Shown here in pieces: positions 16,810 through 26,213 of a DNA stretch of 56,319 nucleotides (position 1 is its first letter; every line of letters starts with the position of its first letter). This stretch comes from Thermoanaerobaculia bacterium (GTDB lineage Bacteria > Acidobacteriota > Thermoanaerobaculia > Gp7-AA8), in the NCBI GenBank assembly GCA_035273585.1, contig DATEOX010000532.1, forward strand, positions 1 through 56,319, read 5' to 3'. The translations under genes were made by a program, and so were the position numbers. The notes under the pieces are model-generated. The model was not told where the DNA came from. It searched no databases and saw nothing but the letters and a program-made list of their open reading frames with translations.

Positions 16810-18723
16810 TTGAGTGATAAGGACTTATCGACGAATGCTGCGAAGAGTGCGAACCCTGCACTTCCTGCACAGGAAAAGGGCGCGCAACCGCCGATAACGA
16901 ACGAGTTTCTGAGTCGGCTGGTCGGCATGGCGGTGGGGGCAACCTTGCACAATTTCCGGCTCGACCGCCGCCGCCGCTTCAGCGGTCGCGCGTTTCGCCT
17001 CGCACGCGCTTTCTTCCGGGCCGCAGCGCAGCAGACGGACAATGGCGTGTCGCCGGAGGTAAGCGTTTCCGCTGCTCAGTTCCGCAGAATCGCGGAGCAG
17101 AAGTTTGGGCCGACGAAGGAAGGGACGATCTCGGCCGACGTGAGCCTGTTGAATGAACTCGCGGACACCGAGGCAGCTAAGGGCGGATTTCTCTCGCCAC
17201 TGCTCGCGACCGAAAAGGGGAAGTTTCGCGTCCGCCTACTCCTCTTAGCAGAGCATCGCGATCACATCTTCGCGTACGAGGTCATAGATGCGAACGACAC
17301 CCTCATCGTCCGCCATGATGATGAGCTGCGTGTATCGGTCGGCAGCCAGGTCGAGGACGCCCTTTTCAACGAGATCAAACGCAACCCGGTTCTGCTCCAC
17401 CGCGTGGCGGCATACCTCGCGAAAGGCGCGGCGGCAGCCCTCGTCCTCGTGCTGATCTACGCGGTCTTACCGAACCGCGCGCAGGCTGCCATTCGGGACT
17501 TTGCCCGCTACATCGTGTCGCCGATAAAGCGTCTCCTCACCGGCCAAGGCACTCCCGCGGGCTCGAAGGTCGATGTGTCGGCAGTGCCAGATGTCCCGCC
17601 CGCGCATATCATCGAGGAGCGGCCACGCCTGCGGCTTACACCTGCAATGTATTGGGGGATCAACGGCTCCGTATCGGCAGCGGCCATTTGTGACGGTCGG
17701 AACCCGCTCGTGCTCGTCTATCTCCAAGCTCCCGACACTGTTCCACCACCGTTCGTTGTCGTCCGGAACGGCATGGTCCTGCGCAACAACATCACAGATA
17801 AGGGGAGGGTGGAGTTCCGTGACACCACCGTATTACCTGGCCGGGCATACACCTACACGTTGGGAAAGCGTGATGCGACAACAGGTGATGTGGTGATAGG
17901 CCGGATCGTCGGTTCGACAACGCCGCGCTGCCCGACACCCCCTCCATCGAGCGACCGCCCGCCGGCACTCGTTCTGTCAGTTGACCATTCGAGTGGAACC
18001 GCGCCACTGAAAGCGACGTTCAAAGTTTCTGTCTCTGATGATGAAGCACAGCTACGCCCGTTCATCTTCGATTTCGGAGATACAACGTACACGGTTGCAT
18101 CGAAGAGTCGGAGAGTTACGCACGAGTACCGTTACGGCGGTACATATACCCCCAAAGTCAGCCTGACGGATCGCGCTCAAAATATCGCCGAAGCCTCGAC
18201 GAGCATTACGGTTGAAGGGCCACCTCCGCCCCCACCGCTCACGAAGAATGCGCAGAACCCGTGGGAGTATTGGCACGCGGGGTATTTCGCGAAGGCGTCG
18301 CCCGTGGTCGGCCCTGTGGACGAGCCCTTTACGATCGAGATATTTCCAGACTACATCGTGACCTACGACCCGTATGTTCCTGTGATCTCGTATCAGTGGA
18401 CTTTCGCCGATTGCACAGAAGGGGAAGCGCCTTTCCAAGGCCCGAACGCGCAAGTGAACAAGGACTGCTTCTGGGGACCGTACAAGGAGCCCAAGATCAC
18501 GAGACGATTTGATAAGCCGGGCTCCTACGCGGTGAACGTGTTTGTCACATATGCCAATGGCGACACGGCCTACTACGGGCTCGGTATGGTGACGGCGTTG
18601 TCTACGGAAAAGTGGTACGCGACGCATCCGGTAGACGACCAAAGGCGATTGCACCTTGAGCAGATGCGCGAAGCGGCGAGGTATTACCCGTCTCGCGTGC
18701 CCGACTTGACAACACCTCCATAG
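16810..18723 (+). CDS. Membrane-anchored protein with PKD-like domain
   Basis: TM helix AAAALVLVLIYAVL. PKD-like segment SGTAPLKATFKVS...FDFGDTT...HEYRYGGTYTPKVSLTD. TTG start uncertain. Confidence 0.55.
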   Translation: MSDKDLSTNAAKSANPALPAQEKGAQPPITNEFLSRLVGMAVGATLHNFRLDRRRRFSGRAFRLARAFFRAAAQQTDNGVSPEVSVSAAQFRRIAEQKFGPTKEGTISADVSLLNELADTEAAKGGFLSPLLATEKGKFRVRLLLLAEHRDHIFAYEVIDANDTLIVRHDDELRVSVGSQVEDALFNEIKRNPVLLHRVAAYLAKGAAAALVLVLIYAVLPNRAQAAIRDFARYIVSPIKRLLTGQGTPAGSKVDVSAVPDVPPAHIIEERPRLRLTPAMYWGINGSVSAAAICDGRNPLVLVYLQAPDTVPPPFVVVRNGMVLRNNITDKGRVEFRDTTVLPGRAYTYTLGKRDATTGDVVIGRIVGSTTPRCPTPPPSSDRPPALVLSVDHSSGTAPLKATFKVSVSDDEAQLRPFIFDFGDTTYTVASKSRRVTHEYRYGGTYTPKVSLTDRAQNIAEASTSITVEGPPPPPPLTKNAQNPWEYWHAGYFAKASPVVGPVDEPFTIEIFPDYIVTYDPYVPVISYQWTFADCTEGEAPFQGPNAQVNKDCFWGPYKEPKITRRFDKPGSYAVNVFVTYANGDTAYYGLGMVTALSTEKWYATHPVDDQRRLHLEQMREAARYYPSRVPDLTTPP

Positions 18724-18761
18724 CAGCGTATCGACATACTGATTCTTACCGCGACTATGCT

Positions 18762-19250
18762 GTGTCACTCCGCGAGACTGGCTCGGACGATCCTGCCGAA
18801 GCATACCCGCACGCACGATTCCTAAATGACGACTTCGAGGACGAGCGCGCTAAGCGCAGCCGCTTCATTTCAGAGCGGTTTGTATTACGTCGAATTAGAA
18901 AGAACTGGAGCGAACGTAACGACGCCGCTCCGCCTACCGATGCTGAGCTAGAAGACATGCAGACGATGACGCTTGAGCGCATCGTTGACCGCGCGCTCGC
19001 GAAGTCAATATGGGTCCGCGCGGCCATTACGAACATGCACGAGATGCGTGATGCTTACCGGAATCCGAGCGATGCCGACATCCCCGATGAGAGGGCGGCG
19101 CGCCGCTATCAGCGGAAGATCGACTACTGGACCGTCGAGCGGGAGGCAGTGGATCACGCACTCAGTGCTGTGATTGAAATGCGCCAGCAGGTCCTCGCCG
19201 CCGTAAAACCGCGCCATCATCGCTTCAAGCTAAGAGTGCAGACGCGCTAA
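18762..19250 (+). CDS. Hypothetical protein
   Basis: 162-aa ORF, GTG start uncertain. Confidence 0.35.
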   Translation: MSLRETGSDDPAEAYPHARFLNDDFEDERAKRSRFISERFVLRRIRKNWSERNDAAPPTDAELEDMQTMTLERIVDRALAKSIWVRAAITNMHEMRDAYRNPSDADIPDERAARRYQRKIDYWTVEREAVDHALSAVIEMRQQVLAAVKPRHHRFKLRVQTR

Positions 19251-19258
19251 GGCGTCGC

Positions 19259-19585
19259 TCAGGCTCGGCGGCGGCGCTTCGGCGGGCGCTGTGCGTGCTG
19301 CCACGGCCGCGCGCGAAGGCGCATCGTGCGGGCGATGAGGCGTGCGATTTCGTTGGCTTCGCGCTGCGTGAGGCGAACCTCGCGACCAGCGACCCATGCG
19401 TGCGCGGTTGCGTAATCCTCGATGATGTATCGATGATCCGGGGACAGCGAAATCCAGACGCCTCCATTCGGGTCATCATCACCCGGTACTGACACCCGGT
19501 AGCGCGTAACGGTGTAGATGGCTTGCACCGCGGCAGGACCGCGACCGATACGTTCGATGAGCGCAGCTTTCGTGATGATGCTCAT
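19259..19585 (-). CDS. Hypothetical small protein downstream of integrase (basic C-terminal tail)
   Basis: 108 aa, ends PPKRRRRA. Same strand as, and 51 nt after, recombinase 1. Confidence 0.4.
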   Translation of the reverse strand: MSIITKAALIERIGRGPAAVQAIYTVTRYRVSVPGDDDPNGGVWISLSPDHRYIIEDYATAHAWVAGREVRLTQREANEIARLIARTMRLRARPWQHAQRPPKRRRRA

Positions 19586-19636
19586 GGGGGTGGGGGGTAG
19601 CAGGAGGAGGCGAATTGACGCTTATGAGGATATTCA

Positions 19637-20323
19637 TTAATTGAAGTCTCCCGTTCGCGCAAGTCGTCGTGTCCGGAGAAGCAGTTTGTATTTCTCGGCT
19701 ACCCGCGCTGGCATATCGTGGAAGTAGATTTTGGTCGAATCGATGTCCTTGTGTCCGAGCCACCACTGCACATCCGCCAAGTCCCATCCGGCGCGCGCGA
19801 GGTGCGTCCCGCAGGTGTGGCGAAGGGCGTGTGGGTGCCGCAGGTCTGCGGGTATCCCTGCGGCGCGTGCGTAAAGCTGGAAAAGGTGGCTGATCGTTCC
19901 TTCCGTGAGCGGTCTAGCGCTCCTACGGCGGCCACGGAAGAGGTACGCGCAGGGGTCAGCAGGTCGCACATCCATGTAGGCGCGGAAGAGCCGCTTACTG
20001 CGCCCGTGGAGCGGATGCCAGTTTGCATCGCCGCCCTTGAGCCGCCAAATCCAGATCTCATCTCCGCGTACGTCCGTGACCTCCATGAGTGCCGCTTCGC
20101 CGCGTCGCAGGCCATGCCGATACATGAGATCGAACAGGAGCAGGTCGCGCACGTTTCCCTTTGGGATTTGCGCGAAGAATGCTTCCACCTGTTCGCGGGT
20201 AAGGAACTTGACCGGGTGCTGCGCGGGAGGCCGCCCTCCCCGCGACTGGTGCTCTCGCCGTAGGTGACGGGCGTTCCGGGGCTTGTGCTGCGCACGAAAG
20301 CCGATATTGGCACTTTTCCTCAT
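19637..20323 (-). CDS. Short tyrosine recombinase/integrase (copy 1)
   Basis: GLRRGEA (Arg), HALRHT (His-x-x-Arg), WLGHKD, STKIYFH (Tyr). Start at MRKSANIG. Paralogous to 29424-30074. Confidence 0.85.
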   Translation of the reverse strand: MRKSANIGFRAQHKPRNARHLRREHQSRGGRPPAQHPVKFLTREQVEAFFAQIPKGNVRDLLLFDLMYRHGLRRGEAALMEVTDVRGDEIWIWRLKGGDANWHPLHGRSKRLFRAYMDVRPADPCAYLFRGRRRSARPLTEGTISHLFQLYARAAGIPADLRHPHALRHTCGTHLARAGWDLADVQWWLGHKDIDSTKIYFHDMPARVAEKYKLLLRTRRLARTGDFN

Positions 20324-20393
20324 TTTCGATAATTCAGATGATGGGGAACGGCGCACTCTGCGCGTGTGCCGTGAGATCGTCCAGCGCCTCGGC

Positions 20394-22292
20394 GTGTCGC
20401 TCATCGCGCTATTCATTCTGGGGATCGCAGTTCCGGTCTCGGCCGCGACGATCGTTACCTTCATCACGACAGGGAGCGGCGACACGATCAGCGTGACGAA
20501 CCCGCAGCTCGCGGCTGTCACCGGACGAATCCGGCTGATTCCTGACGCCGGTCCTGCGTCCGTACCCGCGCTCCCGTTTTCGCTCGCAAATCTCGAAACG
20601 AGATCGTTCCCGAACGTCCTCGCGAACTTCGGGGCGCCGAGTGCACCTGCGATCCTCGCCGTCGAGACTTCGGATGTCGTCAAAGTATCGAGCGCGTCGC
20701 TGCGTGTCGGCTTCCCGGACCGTCACCTGACGCTGCCAGTGCGATTCAATCCGGGGACCCCAGCTATCGGTTCCCTGACGCTGGGCATCCTGAACGGGCT
20801 GGTTCGCGTGAACATCTACGAGCATCAGGGAAGCGTCACGCCACTCGTCAGCCGCACGCTTGCAAGTTCTGGCGAAGAGGTCACGCGCCTTCGCTACGCC
20901 GATTTGCTGCCGGCGTCGATGATGATTAGTGACGGATACGCTGAGTTGATCCCGCCGAGCGGACAGGTCGTGGGGACTGCTGTGAATCCACCAACACGAC
21001 GACGTGCGGTCGCACCTCCATCGACACCGCCTCCGACGCTCTCGATCGCCGGATCGCCCGCGTGTGAATTCGCAACAGGCATCCGCGCGAGCGTGACGGC
21101 CGTTTCGGGCTCGACCTACCGGTGGTCGCTTATGAATGCAACAGCACAGGGATCTGTCGCGGGGAACACGCTTGATCTGGTTCTCGGCAGCCGGGGGTAC
21201 GCCTCGGTCGTACTCGAGCGCACGCTCGGTGGCTCGCTCTCGACCGTCGAGGCAGTCATCGCAATCGCTGGAAAACCCGGCTACGAAGGAAGCACTGCGT
21301 CGTCCGTCACCCTTGGAGAAGACGCCACGATCACGTGGACGCTCAGCGGGGCCGCACCTACGAGTCAAACGCTCTCGGGCACGGACTTCGGGGCCGTCAC
21401 TCTCGATCCTGCTGCGACGAGCTATGCCTATCGGCCGACGACAACGGGCTCGAAGACGTACACCCTCACCGCCGACAACGACTGCGGCAGCGGCAGTGCG
21501 CGCGGCGATTACACCGTGTCGGATGCATGCACAACTCCCCGCATTGATTCGTTCACCAACAGTGGGGCGGTGTGCGCAGGCAACGCCGTGCAACTTATGT
21601 GGGCGACATCAGGATCGGGCAGCGTCACGATTAACAACGGTGTCGGGGCCGTGCCAGCGAACGGTTCGATCTCCGTTTCCCCACCGTCAACAACACCCTA
21701 CATGCTGACGAAGACCGCAGCCTGTGGAACTGCCAACGCGACGACGGTGGCAACGGTGACAACGCCGAGCGCGTCGAGCTTTACGATTGACTTCAACCCG
21801 ATTGCGTTCGGCTGTGGCGTACCCGTCCACTTCACCATCGCCGACACCGCGACATGGACCGTTGCCAGCGCAGGTCACAATAGTCTCACCCCAAATTCCG
21901 GAACGGGCAGCGGAAGCTTTACGGCAATCTACGGGACAGATAACAGTGATGATAGTACGGACGTACTAACCTTGTCCCTGACCGACGCGTGCGGCAACAC
22001 GGCAACCCGCACGCTGAACGTCGCGGTGTCGACTCCATCGATCACGAGCTTTGCGACACCGGCATCTGTCGCGAGTGGGGCGAGTGGCACGATTACGTTC
22101 ACCTATTCAACGGCCACGCACTACACACTCACTTCCAGCTTGGGAAACAGTATCGTTCCGGCGACAGGCAACAGCACAAGCGGTGGGTCCGCCACGTATA
22201 CTCGCGACAAGGCCTCGGGTCCGGACACACTCACGCTGCACATCGCATTTGAGGGCTGCGATACCGCCACACAAACCCGCGTGATTAACTGA
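20394..22292 (+). CDS. Secreted Thr/Ser-rich repeat protein (Ig-like/beta-sandwich repeats likely)
   Basis: GTG start gives signal peptide VSLIALFILGIAVPVSAAT. Repetitive T/S/G-rich beta-strand-like segments. Confidence 0.55.
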   Translation: MSLIALFILGIAVPVSAATIVTFITTGSGDTISVTNPQLAAVTGRIRLIPDAGPASVPALPFSLANLETRSFPNVLANFGAPSAPAILAVETSDVVKVSSASLRVGFPDRHLTLPVRFNPGTPAIGSLTLGILNGLVRVNIYEHQGSVTPLVSRTLASSGEEVTRLRYADLLPASMMISDGYAELIPPSGQVVGTAVNPPTRRRAVAPPSTPPPTLSIAGSPACEFATGIRASVTAVSGSTYRWSLMNATAQGSVAGNTLDLVLGSRGYASVVLERTLGGSLSTVEAVIAIAGKPGYEGSTASSVTLGEDATITWTLSGAAPTSQTLSGTDFGAVTLDPAATSYAYRPTTTGSKTYTLTADNDCGSGSARGDYTVSDACTTPRIDSFTNSGAVCAGNAVQLMWATSGSGSVTINNGVGAVPANGSISVSPPSTTPYMLTKTAACGTANATTVATVTTPSASSFTIDFNPIAFGCGVPVHFTIADTATWTVASAGHNSLTPNSGTGSGSFTAIYGTDNSDDSTDVLTLSLTDACGNTATRTLNVAVSTPSITSFATPASVASGASGTITFTYSTATHYTLTSSLGNSIVPATGNSTSGGSATYTRDKASGPDTLTLHIAFEGCDTATQTRVIN

Positions 22293-22342
22293 GAACGCGC
22301 CTAACGATCGGTGGCCTAATCAACCGGCCACATACCTGCGGT

Positions 22343-23335
22343 TCATTGCGTCTCTAAGAGCGATCGCAAGTGCGCAAGTTGGACCTCGCCGATTGAGGGA
22401 CGATGATCGGCCCCGACGATTGGCTCGACCTCAGCCACCGGCATGAATAGTGCCTTGTCCGCATCCCACCGATAAAGGATCGTGACCTGTTGCGGCGCCT
22501 GGAACGCGCATCCATACATCGGATCGTTCTTAAGAGACACGAAAGCGCACACACCTGACTCGACACAGTTTTCGACGACTGCCTGCGACAATGCATTAAA
22601 TGGCGGCTTCAGCTTCGCAGGCGGCTCAGGTGCCGCGCTGTGTTCCAGCAGATCTTGGAGATAGGCCTTCGCAGCGACGCTGACGGAGACTCTGCGATCT
22701 GGACCGATGATCGGATCGACATCCGCGATCGGGAGGTACAGCGCTTGCGTCGCATCCCAGCGGTACAGAATAGTCGTGCCTTCAGGCGTTTGGAACACCA
22801 TCCCGAACATGGAATCCCCTCGAAACGGGACGAATGCGCCGGAGCCTGACGCCACGGATTCCTCCGCCCACCGCTGGTTCAACGCAGAATGACCGGGTGT
22901 TGCCTTCTGTGGCTCATCTCCCAACTTGTGCGCGAAGTCGGCGCGTTGCTCTCTCGTGAGGTGTACGAACCCGTCTGCACCGATGATGTCGGGGATCTTG
23001 GCGATGGGGCTGAAGAGATACGTGCTGCTGTCGTACTGATACAAGAACGCTGCGCCGGGTTTGATCTGATACACGAGTCCATCCGGTCCGTGCCGAAGCG
23101 GAACGAATGCCCCGAGCCTTTGATGCACGAACGTGTTTGCTGCGACGCTCTTGATGGCGCTCCGTTCCTGGTCCGTTGACCCGCTCGTGACCGACGGTGG
23201 GTTCGTCCAATCCGTGGTTTCAGCCGAGGACGTTTGCTGAATCTGATCCAGCCTTTTCTCCATTCGCGCGAGACGTTCGTTCGATTCGTTCCGGCACGCG
23301 ACGATCAGGAGGCAAAGCACGAGGGCGTTGCGCAT
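22343..23335 (-). CDS. Lipoprotein with three internal ~95-aa repeats
   Basis: Lipobox LLIVAC. Three repeats: GAFVPLRHG...LYQYDSS...IIGADG, GAFVPFRGD...LYRWDAT...IIGPDR, CAFVSLKND...LYRWDAD...IVGADH. Confidence 0.6.
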   Translation of the reverse strand: MRNALVLCLLIVACRNESNERLARMEKRLDQIQQTSSAETTDWTNPPSVTSGSTDQERSAIKSVAANTFVHQRLGAFVPLRHGPDGLVYQIKPGAAFLYQYDSSTYLFSPIAKIPDIIGADGFVHLTREQRADFAHKLGDEPQKATPGHSALNQRWAEESVASGSGAFVPFRGDSMFGMVFQTPEGTTILYRWDATQALYLPIADVDPIIGPDRRVSVSVAAKAYLQDLLEHSAAPEPPAKLKPPFNALSQAVVENCVESGVCAFVSLKNDPMYGCAFQAPQQVTILYRWDADKALFMPVAEVEPIVGADHRPSIGEVQLAHLRSLLETQ

Positions 23336-23496
23336 CGAATCATCCTAGCGCAAGGGTCGGCGTATCAGACCCGCACGCCAGAGATGCGGACCGTGACCTC
23401 GTGATGTCGAGCTGCCGATGCCGCTTGGCGCTCGTTCGTTGGCGGACGCCCCGCCAGTCGACGCGCTATCATGATTGCCTTGAGCGTCAAGTTATT

Positions 23497-24273
23497 ATGA
23501 CGAGAGAGCGGCGAACCGCAGGAGAGAATCACCCGATCACCGCCGAGGACGTGCGATCTGACATAGACGTACTTCTTTGGTCGATGAAACTAAGCTCCGT
23601 CCGACGCTTTTTTCACCAACGTTTCTGGGAGGACGAAACCGCCGACGCGGAGTATGCCTCGCGCATAGAGGCATTCCCACGCCTGGAGAGCGTTGCTGAA
23701 CACTCTTGGCACGTAGCCGACGCCGTGCTTCTTCTCGGTCCTCATTTCTCCGAGGTAGATATCGGACGATGTCTGGCCCTTGCTATTCTTCACGACAAGC
23801 TTGAAATCATCACTGGAGATAGGAATCCGATCGGCCGGGATGGAACTGGTGCTGCGACGCACGCCTTTGACGAAGGTGCTCGTCTCCGAAAAGAAGCTCT
23901 AGAGTCTGATGCGCTCGAAGTCTACTTGGGGAAGCTTCGCCACTCCGCTCGTCACATACACGCCGAGGCCTTCGGTGAACTTGGTAATCGCAACAACGTA
24001 AATGCTCGATTTGTACGAGCAGTTGACAAGCTACAGGCCCTAGCCTTCGTTATCCTTAAGAAGAAAGGGAATCTCGAGGATCGCCATCTGGACTTTACTC
24101 TTCGCTATTCCGAGCGTTCAGTCGAATTATTTCCTAATCTACAAAGTCACTATCAGGAGCTTCGCTGCCGCCTGGTAAGACAGGTCTCGGAGCGACGCGG
24201 CTGTACCCCAGAAGAGGTAGTTGCTGGGCTATCTAGCAATCAGCTAGTGCTACCTCTCGGAGAAGACGAATGA
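23497..24273 (+). CDS. HD-domain phosphohydrolase, YfbR-like 5'-deoxynucleotidase family
   Basis: ESVAEHSWHVA, ILHDKLEIITGD, AVDKLQAL match the YfbR-type HD pattern. ATG at 23497. Confidence 0.75.
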   Translation: MTRERRTAGENHPITAEDVRSDIDVLLWSMKLSSVRRFFHQRFWEDETADAEYASRIEAFPRLESVAEHSWHVADAVLLLGPHFSEVDIGRCLALAILHDKLEIITGDRNPIGRDGTGAATHAFDEGARLRKEALESDALEVYLGKLRHSARHIHAEAFGELGNRNNVNARFVRAVDKLQALAFVILKKKGNLEDRHLDFTLRYSERSVELFPNLQSHYQELRCRLVRQVSERRGCTPEEVVAGLSSNQLVLPLGEDE

Positions 24274-24333
24274 CATGCCACGTCTTCATAACAAACACCG
24301 CGCACTGCCTCTCAGGAAGAATCTCACCGTAAA

Positions 24334-26190
24334 GTGCGAGAAATACGCAACATTCTTCTCGACTTCATGGATCGCGAAAACCGCCAGGCGTACGGCTTTT
24401 TTCGAGATATTGACGACGTGCGGCACGTCGACCTTCTCGTCCATGCGCTCAATGTCGCCGTATTTCTATGCCATGAATACTGTGTAATCACGCCGGGACC
24501 CGTTACCGATTGCGGCTTAGCACGGCTCGCCCTTGAACGGCGCGACGCCTTCATTCGGCACGGGCTCATTCGGTTGCCACTTAGGGAGGCATCAGTTAGT
24601 GAGTTTATTGAAAAACGACTTCGCCAATACAGCCCTCAACGCGCGCTGTTCCCGGACTTGTATTCCGAGGACGCGCGCACATTCTTAGCTAAATATCCTG
24701 AGCTGGTTCATCCAAGACGTACCGCGGCAGGGATGTTTATTGCCGAGCGCTGGATACATCGTAAGGTTGATGACCCGTCGTGGGCGAAGGTTACCGCCAA
24801 ACTCACCAAAAGGCAGGCAGGAACGCTAACGCGGATACCGCTAACGCTTGTGGAGAAGGGAGTGGCTGCAAACTGGCCCGCCGTGGCCGCCAGTCTTAGA
24901 AAACAGATCGGGATCGCAGACCCTCGATCGTTACGCAGCCTACTGCAAGCCGATCATTTCACGGCGTATACAACCGAATTCTCCTTGGCCCGGCTGTCTA
25001 GATTGCCTCTCGTCAGGGACTTGCAGTCACTGCGTCCCTCGGATCTTTGCTACGACTACGAAGCGATCCGTGAGGCTCTTACCGTGGTAGGCCTCTGGCC
25101 TTTCGTCGAGGCGATGAGCGCCGAGGCAGTCGTTGCGCTTCGAAGCCGCAACGGTTTCTTCTCCTTTCGTCAGGCCTATCACAAATTGGCGCAGTCAACC
25201 CGCGTGCCGCGAGAGGTTGGACAGGCTGTAGCCGAGGCAGCGAACGCAGCGCGGCGCGCATTCCGTGACACGCCGGAGATCGATCTTCTTCCGAGGTTCA
25301 CATCACCGCCGGAGCGCGGCTGGGAGTGCACCACCGCGACGCTGGACGCGATTGAGTACCGCTTCGAGGAAGTGGCAAAGCATATTCACCCATATGATGA
25401 TCCGCTGAAACGTCCGTCTCGCCGGGCGAGGAGGAGCAACGTGACCATCGCAGTGTTTGTTGCCCTTGAAGAAGAAAGAGAGTTTTTGGTGCAGCGATGG
25501 CACCTTACACAGAAGTATGGCGATGTCGCTTGGACACAGCATGTCGGCCGGGTGGATGTAGCCGTGTACGGGCCCGACGAATCTGGTAGGGTCGCAGCAG
25601 CCGTGGCTACTCTTGAACTTTTGCGGTCGATAACTCCCGCGCTCTTCGTGGTGACAGGCCTGGCGGGTGGGTTCAAAATATCCGGAGTCGACCTCGGCGA
25701 TGTGATCGTGGCTGATACGGTGGCTGACCTCGCGACTCGCAAAATTCGCAACGACGCCGAATCTGTTCGCGCAGAGTTTCGACCGCGAACCTTCAGGACC
25801 GATTTGAGGCTGCGTGATTTCTTCAAGAGTGGATCCTTCCAAGCCAGTGAGTGGGAGGGAAGAATTCTCGCCGACGCCGCGTGGCCAAAAGGGAGGCGCC
25901 CCGCACTTCGATACGGCACGATCGCCTCTCTCGACGAAGTTGTGAGCAGTGACGCCTGGCAGCAGCGCCTTATCGCGGCGTGGCCCGAATTGCTAGGTGT
26001 AGAAATGGAGGCCGGAGGCGTTTGCAGAGCCCTTGCGCGCACTCGGATACCCGTGGCGGTGGTTCGCGGAGTGTCCGACCTAGCGGATCCCATGAAAGCG
26101 GATGATCGATGGAGACGAATTGCCATTCACACGGTCGCGTCGCTCCTGGAAACGTCGTTCGAATCATCCGAATGGACCCAAAGCCTGTGA
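24334..26190 (+). CDS. Unknown ~365-aa N-terminal helical domain fused to MTAN/PNP_UDP-type nucleosidase domain
   Basis: C-terminal third carries IAVFVALEEEREFL, VVTGLAGG, GVEMEAGGV and VRGVSDLAD (MTA/SAH-nucleosidase signature order). I recognise no motif in the N-terminal part. Confidence 0.8.
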   Translation: MREIRNILLDFMDRENRQAYGFFRDIDDVRHVDLLVHALNVAVFLCHEYCVITPGPVTDCGLARLALERRDAFIRHGLIRLPLREASVSEFIEKRLRQYSPQRALFPDLYSEDARTFLAKYPELVHPRRTAAGMFIAERWIHRKVDDPSWAKVTAKLTKRQAGTLTRIPLTLVEKGVAANWPAVAASLRKQIGIADPRSLRSLLQADHFTAYTTEFSLARLSRLPLVRDLQSLRPSDLCYDYEAIREALTVVGLWPFVEAMSAEAVVALRSRNGFFSFRQAYHKLAQSTRVPREVGQAVAEAANAARRAFRDTPEIDLLPRFTSPPERGWECTTATLDAIEYRFEEVAKHIHPYDDPLKRPSRRARRSNVTIAVFVALEEEREFLVQRWHLTQKYGDVAWTQHVGRVDVAVYGPDESGRVAAAVATLELLRSITPALFVVTGLAGGFKISGVDLGDVIVADTVADLATRKIRNDAESVRAEFRPRTFRTDLRLRDFFKSGSFQASEWEGRILADAAWPKGRRPALRYGTIASLDEVVSSDAWQQRLIAAWPELLGVEMEAGGVCRALARTRIPVAVVRGVSDLADPMKADDRWRRIAIHTVASLLETSFESSEWTQSL

Positions 26191-26213
26191 TTTCGGAAGC
26201 GTAATTGGACGAC

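Noticed and set aside
12036-21593. Antisense ORFs in the accessory region (12036-13004, 12967-13626, 15700-16650, 20409-21593 and similar)
   Set aside because: Same reasoning as above: Arg-rich shadow frames opposite motif-bearing genes.
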